In this document: one piece after another, positions 34,316-44,404 of the stretch
Position numbering within the stretch: the stretch's first letter is position 1
How the letters are laid out: every line of letters starts with the position of its first letter
From: a phage
DNA length: 64,000 bases
NCBI GenBank assembly: GCA_023551395.1
Contig: GCA_023551395.1_3945.1
Strand: one strand, 5' to 3'
The notes under the pieces: generated by a model
Databases searched by the model: none
Seen by the model: the letters and a program-made list of their open reading frames with translations, nothing else
What the model was told of the DNA's origin: nothing
Made by a program: the position numbers and the translations under genes

Positions 34316-35416
34316 TTATTCATAATCCCTAATAACTAGCCCGACAGGGAACTGTAAAGAACCCTTACGAGTCATCTTCTGGAACTGTACCGTTAAAGGT
34401 TTCCCGATAAACTCTTCAGGATGCTCAGCAAGATACTGTTTCTTCTCATGAGTAGTCTTCCATGAGACATCTACAAAGACGTTAGGAAGAGTCTCTACAA
34501 CGAACTTACCGTGGCCACGCTTATCAGTCTTTACACCAGTCACTTTAAACTCTTCAGTGTGCATCTTCTTGTGCTTAATCAAGAAGTATGAACGGTGACA
34601 ACACTCATAGAATGAGTCTTCAGAGATTGAACGGTACATTGCACCTTCAAACTTAGCCTCAACCCACTTATCATGAGCTTCATCAAATTCTTCCCAAGAG
34701 TTCACACGGATAGTCTGTACAGGAACCACTCTACAGGTATCACCAAGCTCAACAATGGGTGAATTATCAATAACTTCACGACGCTCAGGCCAAGATTTTG
34801 AATTGTCACAGATATCATACCAGTAGAATTTAAGAAGGTGGCGGTCTGGATTGTCAGCATTCTTAATCATAGAGACAATATCTTCTAAGTCCCAACCATG
34901 AGCATAAATCTCACCATCAAAGTCTTCAACTTGTGGATGTAATTTAAGCAACAAAAGCAAATCTGGAATTAGTTCTGCTGGAACGTTGTAAACAGTATTC
35001 TCACGAGAATAAGCCGTGAAGTTAACTAAATCAGCATCTCTTGAAATTCTACAACGGACACCATCAAGTTTTGGTTGAGCATCAGCAGGGAACTTCAGAT
35101 ACTTTGCATGACTAACCTTTGCAGCATCATGAGCAAGCTGTACACCTACCTTCTCAGTATTCTGTGCAGATTCTTTTGTGTAAGCATAACCTTTACGGTC
35201 AACTTGCTTTTTATACTTAGCAGCAACTTCAAAGAGAGCTTGCTGTTCAGCATTACGCTCATTCTTTTTACCGATGTTCTTAGGCTCTGCTGTGTACTCT
35301 TCAAACATCATCTTGCCATTTTCTTTGCCATAGGTTGTAATAACTTTGTCACCTACAGCGACACATGACCAGACGTTAAAAGAGCCATCTTTATTTTGTT
35401 TGTATAGAATTGTCAT
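34316..35416 (-). CDS. ATP-dependent DNA ligase
   Basis: 366 aa with adenylation motif I PKLDGVRC (KxDG) and downstream nucleotidyltransferase-like blocks (FDGEIYAHG, EGAMYRS). Confidence 0.7.
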   Translation of the reverse strand: MTILYKQNKDGSFNVWSCVAVGDKVITTYGKENGKMMFEEYTAEPKNIGKKNERNAEQQALFEVAAKYKKQVDRKGYAYTKESAQNTEKVGVQLAHDAAKVSHAKYLKFPADAQPKLDGVRCRISRDADLVNFTAYSRENTVYNVPAELIPDLLLLLKLHPQVEDFDGEIYAHGWDLEDIVSMIKNADNPDRHLLKFYWYDICDNSKSWPERREVIDNSPIVELGDTCRVVPVQTIRVNSWEEFDEAHDKWVEAKFEGAMYRSISEDSFYECCHRSYFLIKHKKMHTEEFKVTGVKTDKRGHGKFVVETLPNVFVDVSWKTTHEKKQYLAEHPEEFIGKPLTVQFQKMTRKGSLQFPVGLVIRDYE

Positions 35417-35421
35417 TCAAA

Positions 35422-35979
35422 TTACCTTAGCATGTGTGATTTTACTGGAATAAAGATACCAAATTGTGAGACTGCTAAATCAGATAGTGACATACACTGT
35501 TCAGGTAAGTACACAAAAACCCCTGTGTAGAAGTCTATAAAAGAACCATCATCTTGTTTGCAGGCTAGTTTTCCATAACCATAGTTGTACAACTTTAATG
35601 AACCATCATCATACTTTAAGTAGTTCTTGAACTGAACATTAAAAGCATATTCAGAGAACCTTGTGTACAGGTCATAAAGCAATCCAATACTGTCGTCGAC
35701 TATTGCTACACCAAACTTTTTACAAACATCTACATAGTTTTTGTATAATTTATTATGATTTTCAGGTGTTGCAAAGTTTGTATACCAATGTTCTAAGATA
35801 GATAACTTAATTGGCTGATTTTTAGAATATTCTAATACCTTCATGTCATACCAAGATTTCCTAAGTCTGACATCATCTAGCCTTAAATTTTGAGACACTT
35901 CGCGGAAGTTTTTGATGATTATATTTCTGCGCCTATTGTCAATCATAATCAATCCTCTGAGTGATACCAAGTATTGCAA
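35422..35979 (-). CDS. hypothetical protein
   Basis: 185-aa ORF, no recognisable motif. Confidence 0.4.
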   Translation of the reverse strand: MQYLVSLRGLIMIDNRRRNIIIKNFREVSQNLRLDDVRLRKSWYDMKVLEYSKNQPIKLSILEHWYTNFATPENHNKLYKNYVDVCKKFGVAIVDDSIGLLYDLYTRFSEYAFNVQFKNYLKYDDGSLKLYNYGYGKLACKQDDGSFIDFYTGVFVYLPEQCMSLSDLAVSQFGIFIPVKSHMLR

Positions 35980-36140
35980 GCATTACATGCGTAAAGCTCT
36001 AAGTCATTTTTATCTGGTTTATGAAAACAGTTTGCTCCGCAGTGGCAACGAAACGGCTTTCCACCAACTGTCAGGATGAAGGATTGAACCTTTCCATCAG
36101 GAGTCCGTACAGCATTTTTATGCTTATCTTCTTTGTTCAT
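35949..36140 (-). CDS. small Cys/His-rich zinc-binding protein
   Basis: 63 aa with CHCGANCFHK ... CNACN. Confidence 0.4.
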   Translation of the reverse strand: MNKEDKHKNAVRTPDGKVQSFILTVGGKPFRCHCGANCFHKPDKNDLELYACNACNTWYHSED

Positions 36141-36442
36141 TTTCTCTTACCACCAATCTCTACGTCAATAACTTGAACATCACCAGCAACATCAAACTTA
36201 TGAATGATGTTTTCCACAGTGTAAGTCCAACCCTCAATGCGAACCAATTCACCTTCTCGCGGTACGATTGGGTTACGTTGGGCCACGGTTGCAGTGGAAT
36301 AAACAACATCGTAGCAGTAGATATAGTGTACTAAAACTTGCATATTAGTCTCATCCATCAATAACAGTAGTGTGTGATTGACCATTTTTGCCATATCTAT
36401 AAGATGTTGTTGTTTGAGAGTTTGGGCATCTGACAACAACAA
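36137..36442 (-). CDS. hypothetical protein (start uncertain)
   Basis: 101-aa ORF; 5' part overlaps the lipoprotein ORF in another frame, so true start is probably internal. Confidence 0.3.
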   Translation of the reverse strand: MLLSDAQTLKQQHLIDMAKMVNHTLLLLMDETNMQVLVHYIYCYDVVYSTATVAQRNPIVPREGELVRIEGWTYTVENIIHKFDVAGDVQVIDVEIGGKRK

Positions 36443-36611
36443 TATCCCTGCTTATAGCATCCCCATTGAGTTTGTAGATTTTGCAGTCTTGCATCTCTGG
36501 AGGGAGGCTGTAAGAGGCATCTTTGTTTTCATAAGATGGGTTACAGCCAGCCAGAAAAATTACTACAAGTGCAACCATTGCTTTCACACAACTCTTAACC
36601 TTATTGTTCAC
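36351..36611 (-). CDS. small lipoprotein
   Basis: 86 aa; signal peptide followed by lipobox LAGC (MVALVVIFLAGCNP); four further cysteines. Confidence 0.5.
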   Translation of the reverse strand: MNNKVKSCVKAMVALVVIFLAGCNPSYENKDASYSLPPEMQDCKIYKLNGDAISRDIVVVRCPNSQTTTSYRYGKNGQSHTTVIDG

Positions 36612-36743
36612 GATAATCTACCTCTCTGTATGTTTTTAAATAGTGAGTGATGAGTTCTGGTAATTCACTACGTTTAACGTTTGAACGAAGAAGTGTCCAG
36701 TCAAAACCTTTACCAACCCTCCCCCAGAGACTGTACATTTTCT

Positions 36744-36977
36744 TCATAGCAACTCCAGAATATCAATACGTTCACCTTTGAGTACTCCAGTACGGTCTTT
36801 TGCAATCTTACCTTCAACAATAAGAATGTGTGCAGACCTTAAAGTGTCACTGTTAAAGGTTTTTACGAACCTACTAGGCATGACTACAATGCACATCTCC
36901 TGAATCAGCTCTGGAGTATAGCAGTTATCATGAAGTTGCTGAATAACGTCTGCAAGTGTCATTTTTGATGTCTCCAA
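36744..36977 (-). CDS. hypothetical protein
   Basis: 77-aa ORF upstream of the polymerase operon. Confidence 0.35.
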   Translation of the reverse strand: METSKMTLADVIQQLHDNCYTPELIQEMCIVVMPSRFVKTFNSDTLRSAHILIVEGKIAKDRTGVLKGERIDILELL

Positions 36978-37168
36978 TATTCAATGTCTATAAGCTCTTG
37001 TGCAATGCTTTTCAGATTACCTTTCAAGAAAACCTTCTCAGAACCTGAAAGAGATGAATTGTCAATTAACCTGTTCATTCTCTCAAACAACTTCTGCTTA
37101 CGATTTTTGATAGTTTCCTTTGAAGCACCTTTCATCATCGCTGCATGGGTTCTTCCACGATGGCTCAT
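36959..37168 (-). CDS. hypothetical basic protein
   Basis: 69-aa ORF, Lys/Arg-rich. Confidence 0.35.
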   Translation of the reverse strand: MSHRGRTHAAMMKGASKETIKNRKQKLFERMNRLIDNSSLSGSEKVFLKGNLKSIAQELIDIEYWRHQK

Positions 37169-37229
37169 AAGCCCTCCTATATAAGATATAGTATAAGGTA
37201 CTCTTCCATGAGCACCTTGTCAACACTAA

Positions 37230-39929
37230 TTAGTGAACCTCAAGCCAGCTTTTACCAACCTTACCAGTACCTGTAACAAGCGTTTCTTTCTTAAGACCTA
37301 AGTTCTTAGAAGCTTGTCCATAATACCAGTCAGTAACTGCTTTCACTTCTGCCGTCATACTTTCTGGACATTCCCAACTCGTCTCGTCGTGATATGCGCA
37401 GAGTAAACGAGCACCAATAGCTGGTTTACGCCCATTTAACTTCATTAAGCCTTCGTCAATCATACGACGGCAAGCAAGGTTAATTGCCTCATTTTGAATC
37501 TGAGCCTCTGAACCCATGAGCAAATAATTCAATAGCTTATGCGGAGATTTACACCACAACCAAGCTCCAGCAACCTTTACAAAACCCCCTTTAGAGATTG
37601 CAGCAGTCTTACCAAACACCTCTTCAAGTGCCTTTTTAGTTGCTTTGTAGTCAGCTTCCAAGTCATCTAACAGCTTCTTAATTTTAGGCAAACGTATAAA
37701 GTAAGTCTGTTTAGTCAGCGCACCTTCCTGAGTAGTCGCAGCTTTAATCGTCTTAGCAAACTTCTCATCACCTGCACCGAACAGCAGTGCATAGATACCA
37801 TTCTTAGCTTTCTTACGACCTTTGCTAATCTCATGAAGAAGATTCTCATCCTGAGTAGCTCGACAAGTCAAGATGTCCTGCTCATCATTCAAGCTAAAGT
37901 AAATACTGTTCAGTGTATGTGCATCAGTCCCTGAATAGACAACGTACAGGTCATTCTCAGAGTCATAGCGAAGGTACTTATCAATCTCTGGGTTGAGGTA
38001 CTCATCAAAGTGTTTGCAGTAATAGCGTCCATCTTCTTGACGAATGAACTCAATTTCTTCTTTACCTTGCGTTACCGCTTTGGTGAAGTCTTTATCACCC
38101 ATAAAGTTACAAAGTAGAACTAGCTGGGCTGAGTTCATATCTACAGAGACAACGTTAGTACCTTCCTCACAAATCCACACTGCCCTCATTGGTTCCCCAT
38201 AGACAGCAGCACCAGACGGTACGTTTACAATACCATATTGTGTCATACGTCCAGTTGAAGTACCAAACACCATTGCACCAGCACTAAGGCGACCATCAGG
38301 ACGAATCTGGTTCAACCAACCTTTTTCATCATCCTTTGAGTTCTCAATAGTTCTGCGTCGGTGCATCAAAGTATAGTACTTAGCAATCTTCTGTCCAAGC
38401 TCACCTTCAATCGTATCATAAGATGATTCAGTAAGTTTTGGTGAAGTACGGATTAAGCAAGGCTCAAGCAAATCTGTGTACTTCTTCACAGACCAGTTAT
38501 GCTCAATGTACTGTACACCTTCATGTTCAACATAGCTCAAACCACACCGCTCAACCATTTCCTGCCACTTAGGATGTTTTGTAATCATCTTTTTATTGTC
38601 TTTGAAACGACAAACTTTGACAGGGCGACCGTCTGAGTCTTTCTTGTAGTTCCAGTCATCTGGAATCCAACCAACTGATTTCAAGTAGTCTTTTACAACT
38701 GCTACCTGAGTCATACGAGAAACTTCAAACTCAATTGGTGTATATGGTGCATCAATCAATCCTGTGTAGCGACTTGACTCAAGTTCAAAGTGGTTAACAA
38801 CGTGGCTGTTATAGTACTTCACAGTTTTGACTGTTTTTACTGGCTTCCAGTCTTTGCATTTCTTACCAATCTTTGCATTCAACTCATTGCAAATTGCACG
38901 AGCATCCTTCATTGCTACAAAGCCTTCCTTGTACTCTTCACCAGTTACAGAGTTGGTTGGTGTATAGCAATTTCTCTTTTCAATGTTAAAAATCTTTGTA
39001 GTTGGCTTACCAAATGGTTTGATTTCATAAGTCTGCATCTCACCATTACGCACCTGCTGACGATACTTCGTCTTAGGGTACTTGGTAATTCTTTTCAGTC
39101 CATCTGCATGACCAAATGCTTCAACATACTCATTCCAAGCTTTTGCAAACTCTTCTCCAGTGACTTTACCTTTGGTCTTAATAGTTGGAGGTAGATGTGG
39201 TTCAACCTCTGAAGCAAGCTCATTAGTCAACTTGTCAAGTTCCTTTACATGGAACTCCATAAGCTCTTTATCAGCTTTCCAACCATTGATAGCTTGCTGG
39301 CTCATCCAGAAAGATGTTTCTTTAGCTCGCATGTAGGTTTCATAAGTATCTATGCCACACTTCTTAAGCTTGAGATACTCATTATCAAGTGCCCGTTTAG
39401 TTTTGGCGTTAATACGGATATCTTCTACAACACGAGTGAAGATTTCTGCATTCCACACACCCCAATGTTCAATCTCTGGTTTACGAACACCAACACGAGC
39501 ACCCCATGCAGCCAAACCATGAGCACCTTTATAGCCCTTTGGAGTTGGTCTATCCATCCACTGAACACGAGACTGGATAAGAGAATCCTGAAAGAAATTA
39601 CTCCACGGTTTACACTTTGGATTATCAAAGTTCCATAAATCAGGTGCAATGTGATTGAAAACCCACCAGTCATAACCGAGACCATTATGGATGCAAAGAC
39701 GTTTTGCCTTTAACGCAAACTCAATACCTTCACGTAAACCACCCTTAATGTACTTGGTATACTTGTGACCGAGGATAGGTTCATCTGTAAAGACCCATAC
39801 AGGTGGCTCTTCATCGTCAGATTTATAGTCTGCGAAAGCCATTACGTGCACTTTAGTGAACTCAAGGAGTAAACCATCAGTTTCTGTATCACCAACTAAA
39901 TGTAAGTTTTTAAAATCTACGTTTTCCAT
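37230..39929 (-). CDS. DNA polymerase, family A (Pol I/T7-like) with 3'-5' exonuclease domain
   Basis: Exo I motif DTETDG near N-terminus, motif B region KNGIYALLFGAGDEKFA, motif C LLCAYHDE; start set to internal ATG (MENVDF) preceded by GAGGGAG. Confidence 0.9.
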   Translation of the reverse strand: MENVDFKNLHLVGDTETDGLLLEFTKVHVMAFADYKSDDEEPPVWVFTDEPILGHKYTKYIKGGLREGIEFALKAKRLCIHNGLGYDWWVFNHIAPDLWNFDNPKCKPWSNFFQDSLIQSRVQWMDRPTPKGYKGAHGLAAWGARVGVRKPEIEHWGVWNAEIFTRVVEDIRINAKTKRALDNEYLKLKKCGIDTYETYMRAKETSFWMSQQAINGWKADKELMEFHVKELDKLTNELASEVEPHLPPTIKTKGKVTGEEFAKAWNEYVEAFGHADGLKRITKYPKTKYRQQVRNGEMQTYEIKPFGKPTTKIFNIEKRNCYTPTNSVTGEEYKEGFVAMKDARAICNELNAKIGKKCKDWKPVKTVKTVKYYNSHVVNHFELESSRYTGLIDAPYTPIEFEVSRMTQVAVVKDYLKSVGWIPDDWNYKKDSDGRPVKVCRFKDNKKMITKHPKWQEMVERCGLSYVEHEGVQYIEHNWSVKKYTDLLEPCLIRTSPKLTESSYDTIEGELGQKIAKYYTLMHRRRTIENSKDDEKGWLNQIRPDGRLSAGAMVFGTSTGRMTQYGIVNVPSGAAVYGEPMRAVWICEEGTNVVSVDMNSAQLVLLCNFMGDKDFTKAVTQGKEEIEFIRQEDGRYYCKHFDEYLNPEIDKYLRYDSENDLYVVYSGTDAHTLNSIYFSLNDEQDILTCRATQDENLLHEISKGRKKAKNGIYALLFGAGDEKFAKTIKAATTQEGALTKQTYFIRLPKIKKLLDDLEADYKATKKALEEVFGKTAAISKGGFVKVAGAWLWCKSPHKLLNYLLMGSEAQIQNEAINLACRRMIDEGLMKLNGRKPAIGARLLCAYHDETSWECPESMTAEVKAVTDWYYGQASKNLGLKKETLVTGTGKVGKSWLEVH

Positions 39930-39989
39930 TTTTACTCCCTCTAAAATCATTAACCTCATACATTACTGCAAAAAATTATAAAAAGCAAG

Positions 39990-40019
39990 TTGACAATGCA
40001 CTTGACAAGGTGTTAATCT
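39990..40019 (+). promoter_or_regulatory. sigma70-like promoter in divergent intergenic region
   Basis: TTGACA at 39990-39995, 18-bp spacer, TGT-TAATCT extended -10; lies between the divergent polymerase and 40188 operons. Confidence 0.4.
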
Positions 40020-40187
40020 TTGCGAAGTGGGTTTTTTACTTAAAAGGTTACTTAACAGTTTAACTATACAGATACTTTAAAACTCTTAAAAGATTATTTA
40101 ATAGCTTTTAAAAAGCTTTAAAGTATAACGTATAGAATACGTTAAGATAAAAGATTAAAACTTAATAGTTACTTAAAAGAGGCTTAC

Positions 40188-40610
40188 ATGCAGAAAATGT
40201 TTGTTCACCCAGACATAGCTGACTTTGTTAGAGCTTTGCAGAAGTTGGAAGAACTTGACATTGCTGCTCAACGGGAATATGCTCACCATCACAGGAGGAT
40301 GGTTGATATACAACATGAAATAGAGTTGTCTGAAAACTATGAAGATGACTTAAAATGCTCTGTATTTGAGCATATGAAAGATGTTGCTACAGCGAGACGT
40401 AAAGCTAAAGACACAGTTGCTTTACTAGATTCTCTTAAAAAGAGGTTGCAAAGTGGTACAGACCTGTGTAATCTAGCGTCACTGATTAACGATGTTGAAA
40501 CTTCTTGGGATAGGCACTATTATCCACGTTCTGAAAAGACACTTGACTTTTCTTCATCCGAAAACTTAAAATGTTCTAGAAAGAAACTTAACCAACTGAG
40601 AGAGAAATAA
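40188..40610 (+). CDS. hypothetical protein (first gene of + strand operon)
   Basis: 140-aa ORF with His- and charge-rich N-terminus. Confidence 0.4.
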   Translation: MQKMFVHPDIADFVRALQKLEELDIAAQREYAHHHRRMVDIQHEIELSENYEDDLKCSVFEHMKDVATARRKAKDTVALLDSLKKRLQSGTDLCNLASLINDVETSWDRHYYPRSEKTLDFSSSENLKCSRKKLNQLREK

Positions 40611-40611
40611 T

Positions 40612-41412
40612 ATGAATATCAATGTAGAAAAGATGCTTGAAGAGAAAGGTGTTGATGAAGCATTCTTAATCAATGCCGTAGAAAGCATGGCTATGATTCT
40701 TCGTGGTAATAACTACACAGAACAGTTTATGCCTGCAAGCTATAACTTGCCTGAAGACAAGTCTGATAACGGTGCTTTTGCAGAACAGGTTAATATGATG
40801 TTGACAGACACTACACTTGCTCTGGCATCTATTGCGGTTGGTGTTGATGCACTTGCTGAGTTCATTTTTTATGAAATGCAAAAGAATGACTATATCAGGA
40901 TGTCAGACGAAGATAAGGAACTGTTGCTGACTAAGGACACTGATTTCATTATTGATACGCTTATCTCATCAACGAGTGCTGTTATGGCTGTTCTTGAGAA
41001 GCGTATGGAAGAGAAACTTTCACGATATGAAAAACTTGATTGGGGCGTAGAAGAATTAAACCCACGAATCAAAGAGATTATACAGCAAACTAAAGAGTCT
41101 TTGGAAGAAGCTGTTGAAAATGACTCTGTAGCTGATATAGAACCACTTCAGGTGAAAGTTGCACTGATGATTCCAGCTATCTCCACGATGATGAATATCG
41201 TTGCACTAATCCAACTTTCACAGATGATGGGTGTGAGTATTGAGTTCATTGAGGAGATGACTGGTGGCGTTAGTATGCAAGCAATCAATGATGTTTTGGT
41301 GAACATTGGTGCTTCAATCATTGAAGAGAAACTACGCATTAACTTCGGTGATGATTTTGTGAAGCAAATCTCAGCTATGGCTGAAAAAGAGTCTGCTGAG
41401 CAAATGCACTAA
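40612..41412 (+). CDS. hypothetical acidic protein
   Basis: 266-aa ORF, strongly Glu/Asp-rich, translationally coupled to upstream gene. Confidence 0.4.
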   Translation: MNINVEKMLEEKGVDEAFLINAVESMAMILRGNNYTEQFMPASYNLPEDKSDNGAFAEQVNMMLTDTTLALASIAVGVDALAEFIFYEMQKNDYIRMSDEDKELLLTKDTDFIIDTLISSTSAVMAVLEKRMEEKLSRYEKLDWGVEELNPRIKEIIQQTKESLEEAVENDSVADIEPLQVKVALMIPAISTMMNIVALIQLSQMMGVSIEFIEEMTGGVSMQAINDVLVNIGASIIEEKLRINFGDDFVKQISAMAEKESAEQMH

Positions 41413-41429
41413 GTCTTTATAAATCTTAC

Positions 41430-41455
41430 AAGCCTCCTTAGTTGGGGGCTTTTTA
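41430..41455 (+). terminator. terminator-like hairpin
   Basis: Stem AGCCTCC/GGGGGCT (one mismatch) followed by TTTT. Confidence 0.4.
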
Positions 41456-41473
41456 GTAATTAAGGGAGATAAA

Positions 41474-42217
41474 ATGAGTAATATTATCGCATTTACTGGA
41501 AAGGCACGTTCTGGAAAAGACACCTCATGTTCTATTGTGAAGAACATCTTAGAGGATGAGTATGGCTACAATGTTGCTGTAATGGCCTTTGCAGACAACC
41601 TTAAACTGTCTGCATCAAAGATATTTGACCTGACTTGGAATGACCTGTATGGTGAAACTAAAGAGACTCCACAGGTTTTTGACTTATCATATCCTGAACT
41701 GATGTTTAAAGTTACGGAAGCTATGGAGTTCACCTTCAGAGATGAACGTTACCATATGGACTTCAAGCTTATATCAGAGTTAACCGGACGATTAATCATG
41801 GAGCTTAAGAATGTTGCTAAACCGACTCTATTGACACGTCTGGGGTTTAGTAAAAAGTATAAATTCTCATCAAGACAAATTCAACAGATTTGGGGTACTG
41901 AAGTTGTCCGTAAAGTAATGGGCGACAAGTTCTGGTCTAAAGACCTTGAAAAAAGAATGGTTAGATTCCATGAAATGTGCTCACTTAGAAACCAATATGG
42001 TTTTGTCTTAATCAGTGATTTAAGATTTGACTCTGAAGCTGAATGGCTGAGTAGATTTGCACACCAAACTATTGAAGTAAAAAGAGACAATGTGGACAAA
42101 GTTTCATCACATGTTTCAGAAAATGGGATTTCTACAAAATATGAGCGTGACATTATTCATAATAATGGTACTCTTGCAGACCTTGAGAACAAGCTAAGAG
42201 CCATCATTAAAGTTTAA
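41474..42217 (+). CDS. deoxynucleoside monophosphate kinase (T4 gp1-like)
   Basis: N-terminal P-loop IIAFTGKARSGKDT resembles the T4 dNMP kinase N-terminus (recalled). Confidence 0.55.
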   Translation: MSNIIAFTGKARSGKDTSCSIVKNILEDEYGYNVAVMAFADNLKLSASKIFDLTWNDLYGETKETPQVFDLSYPELMFKVTEAMEFTFRDERYHMDFKLISELTGRLIMELKNVAKPTLLTRLGFSKKYKFSSRQIQQIWGTEVVRKVMGDKFWSKDLEKRMVRFHEMCSLRNQYGFVLISDLRFDSEAEWLSRFAHQTIEVKRDNVDKVSSHVSENGISTKYERDIIHNNGTLADLENKLRAIIKV

Positions 42218-42225
42218 AAGAGAGA

Positions 42226-42426
42226 ATGAAGATGAGAGTAAAAGACAATTTTAAAGTTATTGACCACCGTTTAGTGGAACTCTCATCTCTTTCCAATGAG
42301 GTAATGATTGAACGTCTTAAGAGAGTTGAATCACGAAGGAAAGAGATTGCAGATGAAATTCATGAACTGGACAAGATTGAAAATGGATTGAAGGAAGAAC
42401 TACAACGAAGAGGTGCTAATGTCTAA
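42226..42426 (+). CDS. hypothetical small coiled-coil protein
   Basis: 66-aa charged helical ORF; overlaps primase start. Confidence 0.3.
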   Translation: MKMRVKDNFKVIDHRLVELSSLSNEVMIERLKRVESRRKEIADEIHELDKIENGLKEELQRRGANV

Positions 42427-44404
42427 AGGTCGTAAATTGAAAGAGGCTGGTCAGTTTGTTGGTCATTGCGCATGTCCACGTTGTGGTTCATCAGATGCTG
42501 GTTCAATCTATCATCATGACGATGGTTCTTATTCAATGACTTGCTTTAGTTGTAACAAAGGTTTCCCAGAGTGGGATTTTGATAAAGGACAAATCGTGAG
42601 CACTTATTCTACTGGTTCAGACAATAAAAACCGTACTTTCCGTGGAATGGATTTAGACGATGTGAAAGAAAACCTTGAAGCGATGGACTTGAAAGACAGG
42701 AAGATTCCTGCAAAAGTTCTTGAGCGTTTGGGTATCAAGGTTGACATTGACAGTGATGGTGAAATTGACGCGCATTTCTACCCAACTTACAAACGCAATG
42801 AAGATGGCAAGCTAGAGCATGTTGGATACCGTGTTCGTCACCGTTACCCAGAAGACCATCCAAAAGAGCACCTACGAGGTAAGTTAAAAGACTTTTCTGG
42901 TGGTGTTGGAGACATTAAAGGTGAACTGGCAATGTTCGGTTCATGGATTGCTCCAGAAGGTGGTAACCGTCTATTCATCTGGGAAGGTGAGATGGAATGT
43001 GCGACAGCAATCTATATGACTTCTCTTGCGATTAAGGACAAGTCTCGTCGTAAGAATTACTGTCACGTATCTGTTCCATCAGGTGCAAACATTAAGTCTA
43101 TCAAAGACAACTATCAGTACATCACATCATTTGATGAGATTTACTTGTGCTTTGATAACGATGAAGCAGGTGCTAAAGCTACCAAAGAGGCTGCTGGTAT
43201 CCTACCTATTGAGAAGGTTCGCTTATTCCAGTATCCAGAAGGTGTAAAAGACCTTAACGAGTGGTGGACAAAGTTCTATAAAGAGAAAGATACAGTTCTG
43301 GAAGGATTTAAGCAGCGTATCTACAATGCACCTCGTTACTGTCCTGCTGGTATCAAGAACTTCGCAGATGGTTTTGAGGCAATGAAGAATCGTGGTCAGA
43401 TTCCATTGATTCCTTTCCCAGAATCTTTCGGAGATTTGAACAGACTGACTTATGGTGGTTACGGTTTAGGTGAGATTACAACTCTGGCAGCACCATCTTC
43501 AGTGGGTAAATCTGCATACACTCGTGAAATGATTTATACTGCTTGGAAAGATACCGATTACAATATTGGTGTAATTCCTGTAGAAGATACCTATGAAGAG
43601 TTGATGGAGATGCTCTGTGCAATCCACCTCAGCAAGCAGATTTCTGAGATTCCTTATGACGAACGTGATTGGGATGAATTGAAGGAAGCACACGCAGAAC
43701 TATCTAAAGGTCGTCGTATCCACATCGTAGACCATCAAGGGGCAATTGACCAAGATAACTTGCTGGAGTTTGTTGATTATCTTGTTAATAGCTTAGACTG
43801 TAAGATTATTATTCTTGACCCTATTACATTGGCTCTGTCACGTTCCGATACGGATGAAGAAGAAGTCTTGTCTGAGTTATTGCGTCGTTGCAAGCGCTAC
43901 CAGTATGCACAGGTGAACGTCTGTCACGTTCGTAAGAGCGCAGGGGGTCAGAAAGCCAACTCTGAAGGTGGAGATATCTCTGAAGAGGATATCAAAGGCT
44001 CTGGTGCGTATTTCCAGATTTCTATGAACAACATTCTGTTAATGCGTAACAAGGTTGACCCAGACCCTGTTAAGAAAAACTTGACAAAAATCAAGTTAAC
44101 TAAGTGCCGTCGGCATGGTAAGTCAACTGGTATTGCTGGTCATACTTGGTACAATCCAGATACAGGACGTCTCATCAAAGCATCTGGTTGTGGAGTTGAC
44201 ATTGATGGTGCAGCAGAAAACATTCGCCAGCAGTTTGGTATTGGTGAAGCTGAAGACCATTACGATGACTCTTTGCCACATTATGAGGATGAAGTGTTTG
44301 ACCGTGAGACTGGTGAAGTCTATACTGAAGAGCAGCGTCAAAGCTCAACGATTCCCCCTGTATTAAGTGAGGATGTAGATGACTGCCCGTTCGAAACTGA
44401 GTGA
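42413..44404 (+). CDS. DNA primase-helicase (T7 gp4-like)
   Basis: N-terminal zinc ribbon CPRCGSSD...CFSC, TOPRIM-like LCFDNDEAG, Walker A APSSVGKSAY and helicase-type C-terminal domain. Confidence 0.85.
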   Translation: MLMSKGRKLKEAGQFVGHCACPRCGSSDAGSIYHHDDGSYSMTCFSCNKGFPEWDFDKGQIVSTYSTGSDNKNRTFRGMDLDDVKENLEAMDLKDRKIPAKVLERLGIKVDIDSDGEIDAHFYPTYKRNEDGKLEHVGYRVRHRYPEDHPKEHLRGKLKDFSGGVGDIKGELAMFGSWIAPEGGNRLFIWEGEMECATAIYMTSLAIKDKSRRKNYCHVSVPSGANIKSIKDNYQYITSFDEIYLCFDNDEAGAKATKEAAGILPIEKVRLFQYPEGVKDLNEWWTKFYKEKDTVLEGFKQRIYNAPRYCPAGIKNFADGFEAMKNRGQIPLIPFPESFGDLNRLTYGGYGLGEITTLAAPSSVGKSAYTREMIYTAWKDTDYNIGVIPVEDTYEELMEMLCAIHLSKQISEIPYDERDWDELKEAHAELSKGRRIHIVDHQGAIDQDNLLEFVDYLVNSLDCKIIILDPITLALSRSDTDEEEVLSELLRRCKRYQYAQVNVCHVRKSAGGQKANSEGGDISEEDIKGSGAYFQISMNNILLMRNKVDPDPVKKNLTKIKLTKCRRHGKSTGIAGHTWYNPDTGRLIKASGCGVDIDGAAENIRQQFGIGEAEDHYDDSLPHYEDEVFDRETGEVYTEEQRQSSTIPPVLSEDVDDCPFETE

